Of a stretch of 38,075 nucleotides of DNA, positions 7,776 through 15,958 are shown piece after piece; within the stretch, counting starts at the first letter, position 1, and each line of letters begins with the position of its first letter. Origin of the DNA: an uncultured Caulobacteraceae bacterium (GTDB taxonomy: Bacteria > Pseudomonadota > Alphaproteobacteria > Caulobacterales > Caulobacteraceae); assembly GCA_964237305.1 (NCBI GenBank), contig CAXSHO010000011.1, positions 1 to 38,075 on the forward strand. The letters run 5' to 3'. The position numbers were made by a program, and so were the translations under genes. The notes below the pieces were generated by a model that saw only the letters and a program-made list of their open reading frames with translations, made no database searches and was not told the DNA's origin.

Positions 7776-9086
7776 CGCGCGGCGGAGCGCGTACAGCCCG
7801 AAGGCCAGGATGGCGAGGTAGCAGGCGGCGGGCAGGGCCAGGGAGGCGCGCAGGCCCGCCAGGTCGGCCAGCCGGCCGGTGAGCGGCGGGATCACCGCGC
7901 CGCCCACGATGGCCACGCAGATCACCCCCGACCCCTCCGCCGCCCGGGCCCCCAGCCCCTCGCTCGCCAGGGTGAAGACGGTGGGGAACATGACGGAGTT
8001 GAACAGGCCGACCGCCAGCAGCGCCCACCCCGACGCGGGGCCGCTGGTCTGCGAGGCGACGAGCAGCAGCAGCATGGCCGCGGCGCAGGCGGCCGCCAGC
8101 ACCCCGCCCGGCGAGGCGACGCGCAGCAGCCCCGCGCCGATGAAGCGCCCCACCATGGCCCCGCCCCAGTAGAACGGCACCAGCTTGCCCGCCGCCTCGG
8201 CCCCCAGGCCCATGACGTCGCGCTGGGCGAGGTAGTTCACGATCAAGGACCCGATCGCCACCTCCGCCCCCACGTAGAGGAAGACGCCGGCGGCCCCGAA
8301 GGCGAAGCGCGGCCGCTTCAGGAGCGTGAAGGCGCGCCAGGGGTCGGAGCGCTCCAGCGCCATCTCCGGGAGCTTGCCGCGCCGGCTCCACACCACCGCG
8401 GCCACCACCGCCAGCGCCGCCGCCAGCCCAAGGTAGGCGCGCACGATCACCGTCGTCTCCTGCGCGCGGAAGGCGGAGAGCGCCGCCCCCGTCAGCGCCG
8501 CCCCGTCCACCTTGGCCAGCGAGCCGAGGATCAGGATGGACCCCACATAGGGGAAGACGGTGGTGCCCACCGAGTTGAAGAACTGCGCGAAGGTCAGCCG
8601 GCTGTGCGCGGTGCGCGGCGGGCCCAGGAGCGAGATCAAGGGGTTGGTCACCACCTGCACCACCGTGATGCCCGCCGCCAACACGAACAGCGCCAGCAGG
8701 AACATGGGAAAGGCCGCCGAGCTCGACGCCGGCACGAACAGCACGCACCCCGCCGTCATCAGGAGCAGCCCCGCCGCGGCCCCCGGCAGGTAGCCGATCC
8801 GCTGCACCAGCGCCGCCGCCGGAACGGACACGAAGAAGTAGGCGGCGAAGAACGCCGACTGCACCAGCATCGCCTCGCCGTATCCCAGCGTGAACAGCGC
8901 CTTCAGCTTGGGGATGATCACGTCGTTCAGGCTCGTGATCCCGCCGAAGATGAAGAACAGCGCGAACACGAAGCCCTGCAGCCCGGGCGCCTGCACGCCC
9001 GCGCCCTCCGCCTCCAGCGGGACCGGGTCGGCGGAGGTGGCGGTCATCGGCTCGAGCATGGGTGGGCTTCCGGAGCCGAGGCGCAC
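7752..9086 (-). CDS. MFS sugar:H+ symporter, FHS family (glucose/galactose or L-fucose permease-like)
   Basis: 444-aa ORF. 'FALFFIFGGITSLNDVIIPKLKALF', 'VTNPLISLLGP' and 'RLTFAQFFNSVGTTVFPYVG' are typical of GluP/FucP. GTG at 9086 has GGAGG 6 nt upstream; ATGs at 9059 and 9047 are alternatives. Confidence 0.8.
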   Translation of the reverse strand: MRLGSGSPPMLEPMTATSADPVPLEAEGAGVQAPGLQGFVFALFFIFGGITSLNDVIIPKLKALFTLGYGEAMLVQSAFFAAYFFVSVPAAALVQRIGYLPGAAAGLLLMTAGCVLFVPASSSAAFPMFLLALFVLAAGITVVQVVTNPLISLLGPPRTAHSRLTFAQFFNSVGTTVFPYVGSILILGSLAKVDGAALTGAALSAFRAQETTVIVRAYLGLAAALAVVAAVVWSRRGKLPEMALERSDPWRAFTLLKRPRFAFGAAGVFLYVGAEVAIGSLIVNYLAQRDVMGLGAEAAGKLVPFYWGGAMVGRFIGAGLLRVASPGGVLAAACAAAMLLLLVASQTSGPASGWALLAVGLFNSVMFPTVFTLASEGLGARAAEGSGVICVAIVGGAVIPPLTGRLADLAGLRASLALPAACYLAILAFGLYALRRASTLPRGG

Positions 9087-9154
9087 GTCGCTCCTCCGCG
9101 CGGAGGTCTAGACGCGATCGCCCCCGCCGGTCGAGAAGGGGGACACGGGGGAGC

Positions 9155-11521
9155 ATGCGCATGGGCTGGCGGATCTGGGCGGCGGCCCTGGCGCTCTTCG
9201 CGACGACCCCCGCCGCGGCCGCCGCGCCGGCGGACCCGCTCCGGGCGGTGGACCCCTTCATCGGCACGGGGGCGGATGGCCACACCTTCCCGGGCGCGAC
9301 CACGCCCTTCGGCATGGTGCAGCTCAGCCCCGACACGCTGATCGCCGACTTCCGCGACCGCGCCAAGTCGTACGCCCACGCGGCGGGCTACCGCTACGAG
9401 GACCGCACGATCCAGGGCTTCAGCCACACGCACTTCTCGGGCGCGGGCCACTCCGACCTCGGCGACGTGTCGCTGATGCCCATCGCGGGCGAGGTGAAGC
9501 CCGACCCCGGCGACCCGGACAAGCCGGGCTCGGGCTACCGCTCGCGCTTCGGCCACGCGGGCGAGGTGGCGAGCCCCGGCTACTACGCCGTGACGCTGGA
9601 CGACTACGGCGTGCGCGCCGAACTCACCGCCACCGAGCGCGCGGGCGTGCACCGCTACACCTTCCCCGCCGACAGGCCCGCGCACGTGCTGCTGGACCTG
9701 CGCCACGTCATCTACGACTACCCGGGCAAGGTGCTGTGGTCGCAGCTGCGCATCCGGCCGGACGGGCTGGTCACCGGCGCGCGCGAGACCCGGGGCTGGG
9801 CCCCGGGGCGGCGGACGTACTTCGCGCTGCGCTTCTCCGAGCCGGTCGCCGCCCACGCCCTGTACGACCGCGAGCCGGTGGAGGCGCCGTACCGCGGGTT
9901 CGCCGGGCCGGGCACGGGGCCCGGCGACATCCCGGTCATCCAGGGTCGGGGGCTGGTCGGCGTGTTCGACTTCGGCCGGCTGAGCCGCCCGCTGGTGGTG
10001 AAGGTGGCGCTCTCCTTCGTGAGCGAGGCGGGCGCGATGGCCAACCTCGACGCGGAGGTGAGGGGCTTCGACTTCGACGCCGTGCGCGCGCAGGCGGAGG
10101 GCGCGTGGCGGCGCGAGCTGGGCCGCACGCGGTTCGAGGCGTCGCCCGCCATGACCCGCAACGTCTACACCGCCATGTACCACGCGCTCATGGCCCCCAG
10201 CCTGGCCATGGACGGGGACGGCGGCTACCGCGGGCCGGACGGCGAGGTCCACCGGGCCGAGGGCTTCCGCTTCGTCTCCTCGCTCAGCCTTTGGGACACC
10301 TACCGCGCCGAGCAGCCCCTGATGACGCTGGTGCAGCCCGAGCGGCGCTCGGCCGACCTCATGCGCTCGCTCCTCGCCTCATGGGAGGAGAGCCCCTACG
10401 GCGTCCTGCCGGTCTGGCAGTTCGGCGGGCTCGAGACCTGGTGCATGATCGGCTACCACGCCGTTCCGATCCTCGCCGACGCCATCGCCAAGGGGGTGGG
10501 CGGGTTCAACGCGCGCCGGGCGCTCGACGCCATGGTCGCCAGCGCCGACTACCGCCCCTACGGCCACCTCGGCGCCTACATCGACCGCGGCTACGTCCCC
10601 GCCGACGGGGACGGGGAGGGCGTGTCCAAGACGCTGGAGTACGCCTTCGACGACTGGTCCATCGCGGAGGCGGCGCGCAAGCTGGGCCGGGCGAACGTGG
10701 CCGCGCGGTTCGACCGGCGCGCGGCGAGCTGGCGCAACGTGTTCGACGCCAAGACGGGCTTTGCGCGTCCCAGGTTGGCGGACGGGACGTGGCGGGCGCC
10801 GTTCGACCCGGCGCAGGCGGGCGAGGGCTCCGGCTTCACCGAGGGGAACGCCTGGCAGTACGGCGAGTACGTCCCGCAGGACGTGGCCGGGCTCGCCGCG
10901 GCCATGGGCGGCGACCGGGCGCTCGCCGCCAGGCTGGACGCCACCTTCGACCAGAAGACGGACGCCAAGGCCTACGCCCACGTGGAGGACATGGCGGGGC
11001 TGATCGGCCAGTACGTGCACGGCAACGAGCCCAGCCACCACATGGCCTACCTGTACGCCTACGCCGGCCTGCCCTGGCGCACGGAGGACCGGCTGAAGCA
11101 GATCGTGGACAGCCAGTACCGCCCCGCCCCCGACGGGCTGGTGGGCAACGACGACCTCGGCCAGATGTCCGCCTGGCTCGTGTTCACCGCGCTGGGCTTC
11201 TACCCCGTCGCCCCCGGCTCCAACCAGTACGTGCTGGGCCGGCCCTTCGTGGACCGGGCGGAGCTGACCCTGCCGGACGGGCGCACGCTCGTCGTGACGG
11301 CGCAGGGGCTGTCGGAGCGCAACGGCCACGTGGGCGCGGTGACGTTGAACGGCCGCCCGGTGACCCGCGCCTACGTCACGCACGAGGAGCTCCTGGCGGG
11401 GGGCGAGCTGCGCTTCCGCATGCAGGCGGCGCCCAACCTCGGGCGCGCGGTGCAGCCGCAGGACCGGCCGTACTCGATGTCGCGCCAGCGCCGCCCTGGC
11501 TACTTCTCCCCCGGCCGGTAG
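9155..11521 (+). CDS. GH92 family alpha-mannosidase, secreted (signal peptide)
   Basis: ATG at 9155 in ORF 9062..11521. Signal-like 'MRMGWRIWAAALALFATTPAAAAAP', then the GH92 hallmark 'VDPFIGTGADGHTFPGATTPFGMVQLSPDT', 'GFSHTHFSGAG', and the C-terminal 'YVHGNEPSHHMAYLY' and 'GNDDLGQMSAW'. Confidence 0.85.
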   Translation: MRMGWRIWAAALALFATTPAAAAAPADPLRAVDPFIGTGADGHTFPGATTPFGMVQLSPDTLIADFRDRAKSYAHAAGYRYEDRTIQGFSHTHFSGAGHSDLGDVSLMPIAGEVKPDPGDPDKPGSGYRSRFGHAGEVASPGYYAVTLDDYGVRAELTATERAGVHRYTFPADRPAHVLLDLRHVIYDYPGKVLWSQLRIRPDGLVTGARETRGWAPGRRTYFALRFSEPVAAHALYDREPVEAPYRGFAGPGTGPGDIPVIQGRGLVGVFDFGRLSRPLVVKVALSFVSEAGAMANLDAEVRGFDFDAVRAQAEGAWRRELGRTRFEASPAMTRNVYTAMYHALMAPSLAMDGDGGYRGPDGEVHRAEGFRFVSSLSLWDTYRAEQPLMTLVQPERRSADLMRSLLASWEESPYGVLPVWQFGGLETWCMIGYHAVPILADAIAKGVGGFNARRALDAMVASADYRPYGHLGAYIDRGYVPADGDGEGVSKTLEYAFDDWSIAEAARKLGRANVAARFDRRAASWRNVFDAKTGFARPRLADGTWRAPFDPAQAGEGSGFTEGNAWQYGEYVPQDVAGLAAAMGGDRALAARLDATFDQKTDAKAYAHVEDMAGLIGQYVHGNEPSHHMAYLYAYAGLPWRTEDRLKQIVDSQYRPAPDGLVGNDDLGQMSAWLVFTALGFYPVAPGSNQYVLGRPFVDRAELTLPDGRTLVVTAQGLSERNGHVGAVTLNGRPVTRAYVTHEELLAGGELRFRMQAAPNLGRAVQPQDRPYSMSRQRRPGYFSPGR

Positions 11522-13614
11522 TCGCGCTCCACGTGGCCCTTCAGCTGGTCCTCGGTGAACCAGACCGGCTTGGTCTCGTGCCTGGCGAAGAGCGGCGACT
11601 GGTCCGCGTAGTGGGGCGAGGACTCGTCCAGGGTGGCGGAGCCGAACTGGTGGATGCTGCGGCTGACCAGGCGGCCTTTCGCGTCCCAGTCCATGAACAT
11701 GATGTAGCAGTCGCCGTTCACGCCGTGCAGGCGGCCGTCGGGGTCGGGGCGGCCGTAGAGCGCTCGGAAGGTGTCGGGCCCGCCGTCCACGGGCAAGTCG
11801 AGCTTGCCGCGGCGCAGGCGGTTCACGTCCCCCCACCTGGGGTCGACCCGGCCGTAGGCGGCCTTCAGCAGCGGCGTGGTCGCCTTGAACGCCTGCATCG
11901 TCGTCCACTCGGGATGCTGGCGCTTCTGCAGCCACATGACGGCGATGATGGCCGCGCCGCGGGTCTCGAGGTCCGTGCGGCCGTCCCAGGCGCGCAGCAC
12001 GGGCTGGGCGGCGGCGACGTCGGGGTCCTTGGGGTCGGCGGCCAGGATCTCCTTCACCCAGGCGCGCTCGTCGGAGCGGTCGCTGTAGGCGAGGTCGTAC
12101 TTGTAGCGCTCGAAGGCCTCGGCGCTGATCTTGTGGTCGGCGCCGAAGGTCTCGATGGCGCGGTAGGCGCGGTTGGTCATGTCCGACGGGGGCTGCACGC
12201 CCATGGAGGCCGGGAAGGCCTCCGCCTTCAGGTCGTCGGAGCCGTCGGTGGCGTGCAGCGGGGTGTTGTTGGAGTTGAACAGGAAGCCCGACTTGGGATT
12301 CCAGTACTGGGGGCTCGCGGAGAAGGGCCGGATGTCGCGCCAGATCAGGTCGGACCGGTCGCCCGGCAGGATCCCCCGCCAGTCCAGCCCCGCCTCCTCC
12401 TTGCGCAGGCCGTAGACGCCGTTGGAGACGTAGCCGATGTCGCCGCGGTCGTCGGCGTACACGTAGTTGATCGAGGGCAGGGCGCGCATGGCCAGGGCCG
12501 CGCGCCACTCGTCCATGGTCCGCGCCTTGTTCATGGCGCGGTACTCCTGCAGCTGCCGCACGCCGCCCTGCGTGGGGTAGCGCACCGCGAACACGCCGTC
12601 GGCGGTGCGCAGCGCCGGGCCATGCTCGGCGTGCAGGATCTCGCGGCTGACGGGCGCGGCGCCCTTCACGGCGATGGCGACGGTGCGCTTGTCGAAGCGG
12701 ACCCAGCGCCCGTCGAGCCGGTACTCGTCGGGGTTCGCCGGGTTGATCTGGAGCCTGTAGACGTCGACGAGGTCGGGGTGGTTCACCGTCGCGCCCCAGC
12801 CCAGGTGCGCGTTGTGGCCGCCCAGGAGGAACGGCGCCCCCGGGAAGACGGCGCCGGCGATGTGCCAGCCCTCCCCGCTCTCCACCACCACCTCGTACCA
12901 GCTGAGCGGCCCGGTCCAGGGCTGGTGGGAATTGAACAGGAGCCGCGTGTGCCCGTCCGCCGAGCGCGACGGCGCCACGGCCACGGCGTTGGACCCGCGC
13001 TCCTGCATCTTTGCGGGCGGGCCCTTGAGGCCGGCGAGCTTGCCCGTGGCGATGTCGGCGAACACGCCGTCCAGCCCGTAGAAGGTGGGGCCGCGGAACA
13101 GGGTGAAGGCCGCGATGTCGCGTCCGGTGATCGGCAGCGTCCCCGCCGTCACCTTGTCGGGGTGCAGCTCGGCCCAGCGCGTGGCGCCCGCGGCGTAGGC
13201 CTCCACCACCCGGCGGGTGTCGGCGGGCAGGTCGCGCTCGTAGCCGGCGTCCAGCACCTTCTGCACGTCGAGGAGCTGGAACAGGGTGTCGCTGGGCACG
13301 CCCTCCGCGCCCTTGAGCGAGGCGAGCTTGCCCCGCGCCGCGAACACCGAGTCCTGCATCGTGGCGAAATCGTCCTCGCTCTGCGCGTAGCCGAGCCCGT
13401 AGGCGGCGTCGGCGTCCGTCTTCCCCAGGATGTGCGGCACGCCCCAGCTGTCACGGCGGATCCGCACGTCGTGCGCCGCGGTCTGCGCGTGCGGGCCGGG
13501 GCGGGTGGGCGACAGGGCGGAGACGCCCGCCGCGATGCAGGCCAGGGTCGCCGTCAGCGTCGCCCTCGCCCGTCCCGTCGTCACTCGTCTCGTTGCATGT
13601 GTCGTCGTGGTCAT
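11500..13614 (-). CDS. Penicillin acylase / acyl-homoserine-lactone acylase family Ntn-hydrolase (peptidase S45)
   Basis: C-terminal 704 aa of ORF 11500..14982. ATG at 13614, preceded by GGAGG. Signal/Tat-like 'MTTTTHATRRVTTGRARATLTATLACIAAGVSALS', 'WGVPHILGKTDADAAYGLGYAQSEDD', and the autoprocessing site 'ERG|SNAVAVAP' with the nucleophile Ser, as in PvdQ/QuiP/AiiD-like acylases. Confidence 0.85.
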   Translation of the reverse strand: MTTTTHATRRVTTGRARATLTATLACIAAGVSALSPTRPGPHAQTAAHDVRIRRDSWGVPHILGKTDADAAYGLGYAQSEDDFATMQDSVFAARGKLASLKGAEGVPSDTLFQLLDVQKVLDAGYERDLPADTRRVVEAYAAGATRWAELHPDKVTAGTLPITGRDIAAFTLFRGPTFYGLDGVFADIATGKLAGLKGPPAKMQERGSNAVAVAPSRSADGHTRLLFNSHQPWTGPLSWYEVVVESGEGWHIAGAVFPGAPFLLGGHNAHLGWGATVNHPDLVDVYRLQINPANPDEYRLDGRWVRFDKRTVAIAVKGAAPVSREILHAEHGPALRTADGVFAVRYPTQGGVRQLQEYRAMNKARTMDEWRAALAMRALPSINYVYADDRGDIGYVSNGVYGLRKEEAGLDWRGILPGDRSDLIWRDIRPFSASPQYWNPKSGFLFNSNNTPLHATDGSDDLKAEAFPASMGVQPPSDMTNRAYRAIETFGADHKISAEAFERYKYDLAYSDRSDERAWVKEILAADPKDPDVAAAQPVLRAWDGRTDLETRGAAIIAVMWLQKRQHPEWTTMQAFKATTPLLKAAYGRVDPRWGDVNRLRRGKLDLPVDGGPDTFRALYGRPDPDGRLHGVNGDCYIMFMDWDAKGRLVSRSIHQFGSATLDESSPHYADQSPLFARHETKPVWFTEDQLKGHVERDYRPGEK

Positions 13615-13697
13615 GGCCGCACCCTCCGGTCCGCCACGCTCGCTTTTTCGGCGCCCGAGGGCAACGCTCCTTCGGGGCGGAGCGCTCGGCGGCGGTG

Positions 13698-15116
13698 TCA
13701 GCCGCGCACCACGCGCACCGCCTCCGCCAGCGCCTCGGGCAGGCCGTAGAGGTCCATGGCGGTGATCAGCACCGCGCTGGCCCATCCCGCCCCGAGCAGC
13801 AGCCATCCGGCGCGCCACCGCCCCATCACCGCGCGCCGGCTGTTCAGGTGCAGCAGCGGGAACATGGCGAAGGGCAGCTGCAACGCCAGCACCACCTGGC
13901 TCAGCACGAGGAGGTCGTTCACCCCGCCGCCGCCCCGGGCGCCGATCACCAGCACGGCGGGGACCACCGCGATCAGCCGGGTGACGATCCGGCGCATCCA
14001 GGGCGCCACCCGCCAGCGGAGGAAGCCCTCCATCACCACCTGCCCCGCCAGCGTCCCCGTCACCGTGCTCGACTGCCCGCTGGCCAGGAGCGCCACGGCG
14101 AACAGCACGGAGGCCGCACCCGCGCCCAGGAGCGGCGCCAGCGTGAGGAAGGCCACGCGGATCCAGTCCGCGTCCGGCCCGAAGCCGACGAACCGCCCGT
14201 CCACCATCGCCCCCGCCCGCCCGTGGAAGGTGACCGCGGCCAGCACCAGGATGGCGGCGTTGACGAAGAAGGCGAGGCTCAGGGCCGTGGTGGTGTCCAC
14301 GGCGTTGAAGCGCAGCGCCCGGCGCATGGAGGGCTCGTCGTCGCGCCGCAGCCGCCGGCTCTGCACCAGGGCGGAGTGGAGGTAGAGGTTGTGGGGCATG
14401 ACGGTGGCCCCGATGATCCCCACCGCCACCGCCGCCATCCCCGCCTGCCGCAGGCCCGGCCGCGCGAGGGCCGCCCCCATCTCCAGGAGGTCCGGCCGGG
14501 TGCGCGGCAGCACGAACAGCTCCACGAAGAAGCAGACCGCGATCACCGCCACCAGGGTGGTGATCAGCGCCTCGATCCAGCGCATGCCCACCCGCTGCAG
14601 CGACAGGAGCAGGACCACGTCGCCCGCCGTGATCACCACCGCCCACAGGATGGGGATGTGGAACAGGAGGTTGATGGCCACCGCGCTCCCCAGCACCTCC
14701 GCCAGGTCGCAGGCGCCGATGGCCACCTCGCACAGGAGCCAGTTTGGCAGGCGCGTCCAGCGCGGGTAGGCGTCGCGGCAGGCCTGGGCGAGGTCGCGGC
14801 CCGTCACCACGCCCAGCCGCGCCGACAGGAGCTGGAGCACCACCGCCATGGCGCTCGCCAGCGCCACCACCCAGAGCAGGCCGTAGCGGTACTGCGCGCC
14901 GCCCTGCAGGTCGGTGCCCCAGTTGCCCGGGTCCATGTAGCCGACGCTGACCAGGAGCGCGGGGCCGACGAAGGCGCGCCATTGCCGGAAGGATCCCGCG
15001 CCCGCGTCGGGGGTGGGCACGGAGGCGTGCAGCCCCTCAAGCGACACCCCGCCGCCGGTGGCGGCGCCCCAGGGCGGCGGCGCGGCGGCCGGGGCAGTTT
15101 GATCACTCAAAGTCAC
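13698..15116 (-). CDS. mntH: NRAMP family divalent metal (Mn2+/Fe2+):H+ symporter
   Basis: ORF 13698..15218 (-). 'GPALLVSVGYMDPGNWGTDLQGG', 'GATVMPHNLYLHSALV' and about 11 hydrophobic helices. The start is uncertain: GTG at 15114-15116 was chosen because the listed start would overlap the divergent regulator gene. Confidence 0.85.
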   Translation of the reverse strand: MTLSDQTAPAAAPPPWGAATGGGVSLEGLHASVPTPDAGAGSFRQWRAFVGPALLVSVGYMDPGNWGTDLQGGAQYRYGLLWVVALASAMAVVLQLLSARLGVVTGRDLAQACRDAYPRWTRLPNWLLCEVAIGACDLAEVLGSAVAINLLFHIPILWAVVITAGDVVLLLSLQRVGMRWIEALITTLVAVIAVCFFVELFVLPRTRPDLLEMGAALARPGLRQAGMAAVAVGIIGATVMPHNLYLHSALVQSRRLRRDDEPSMRRALRFNAVDTTTALSLAFFVNAAILVLAAVTFHGRAGAMVDGRFVGFGPDADWIRVAFLTLAPLLGAGAASVLFAVALLASGQSSTVTGTLAGQVVMEGFLRWRVAPWMRRIVTRLIAVVPAVLVIGARGGGGVNDLLVLSQVVLALQLPFAMFPLLHLNSRRAVMGRWRAGWLLLGAGWASAVLITAMDLYGLPEALAEAVRVVRG

Positions 15117-15140
15117 GAGGTGGGCAGCGTTCCCACCTCG
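15116..15140. promoter_or_regulatory. Perfect 9-N7-9 palindrome in the mntH / dtxR-family divergent region (candidate operator or 5'-UTR hairpin)
   Basis: cgaggtggg (15116-15124) cagcgtt cccacctcg (15132-15140). It abuts the proposed mntH start and lies 41 nt upstream of the regulator ATG. Confidence 0.35.
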
Positions 15141-15180
15141 TCTCCGCCGCGTCAAGCGCCTAGAGCGCAGGGGGCCGCGC

Positions 15181-15906
15181 ATGCGGTCGGGCGAGGGCGC
15201 GGGCTTGGCCAGCAGCACGGTCGAGGACTACCTGAAGCAGCTCTACCTCCAGCAGCACGCGGGGGTGCGGCCCGAGGCGGTGGCGACCGGCCGGCTGGCG
15301 GCGGCGCTGGCCGTAACCCCCGGCACGGTGACCACCATGCTGAAGGCCTTGGCGGCGTCGGGGCTCGTGACCTACGAGACGCGGCGGGGCGCGCAGCTCA
15401 CGCCGGGGGGCGAGCGGCTGGCGCTGCACGTTTTGCGCCGCCACCGGCTGACCGAACTGTTCCTGGTGGAGGTGCTGGGGCTCGACTGGTCGGTGGTGCA
15501 CGAGGAGGCCGAGCGGCTGGAGCACGCCGTGTCCGACCGCGTGCTCGACGCCATCGACGCGCTTCTCGGCCACCCCACCACCGACCCCCACGGCGACCCC
15601 ATCCCCACCGCGTCCGGCCATGTGGAGGCGGCGGGCGGCGCCAGCCTGGCCGAGTGGCGGCCGGGCGCCCCCGCGACCGTGGTGCGCGTCCTCGACCAGG
15701 ATCCCGTCTTCCTGCGCTTCGTGGAGGCGGCGGGCCTCTCGCCGGGCGCGGAGGTGACGGTGGCCGGGCGGGACGAGGCGAGCGGCCCGGTGCTGGTGAC
15801 GAACGCGATGGGCGTCTCCGTCTCGCTCGGCCGGGAGGCGGCGCGCGTCATACGGGTGGCACCGCTGCGCCCAAACGGAAACGGGCCGCCGAAGCGACCC
15901 GTCTGA
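15181..15906 (+). CDS. DtxR/MntR family metal-dependent transcriptional regulator with C-terminal FeoA/SH3-like domain
   Basis: 241 aa. wHTH 'VEDYLKQLYLQQ...ATGRLAAALAVTPGTVTTMLKAL'. Metal-site/dimerisation region 'LRRHRLTELFLVEVLGLDWSVVHEEAERLEHAVSD' and 'DPHGDPIP'. C-terminal 'VVRVLDQDPVFLRFVEAAGLSPGAEVTV'. Divergent from mntH. Confidence 0.85.
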   Translation: MRSGEGAGLASSTVEDYLKQLYLQQHAGVRPEAVATGRLAAALAVTPGTVTTMLKALAASGLVTYETRRGAQLTPGGERLALHVLRRHRLTELFLVEVLGLDWSVVHEEAERLEHAVSDRVLDAIDALLGHPTTDPHGDPIPTASGHVEAAGGASLAEWRPGAPATVVRVLDQDPVFLRFVEAAGLSPGAEVTVAGRDEASGPVLVTNAMGVSVSLGREAARVIRVAPLRPNGNGPPKRPV

Positions 15907-15921
15907 ACCCGTGCCGGATGG

Positions 15922-15953
15922 GAGAGGAGGTGCGGGCGCCCGCACCTCCTCTC
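15922..15953. terminator. 32-bp perfect palindrome, bidirectional terminator between the regulator gene and the S-layer gene
   Basis: gagaggaggtgcgggcgcccgcacctcctctc is fully self-complementary (stem about 14-15 bp). It sits 16 nt after the regulator stop and 5 nt after the S-layer gene stop (15959-15961). Confidence 0.7.
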
Positions 15954-15958
15954 GAGCG

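Noticed and set aside
9736-13749. 1337-aa ORF on the + strand spanning the GH92 3' half, the acylase and part of mntH
   Set aside because: Arg/Gly/Pro/Ala-rich translation with no motifs. It overlaps well-supported genes in other frames or on the other strand. A typical high-GC shadow ORF.
13615-14982. N-terminal 456-aa extension of the 1160-aa minus-strand ORF containing the acylase
   Set aside because: The extension is low-complexity (R/G/P/A) and runs through mntH in a different frame. The acylase has its own ATG at 13614 with GGAGG and a signal peptide.
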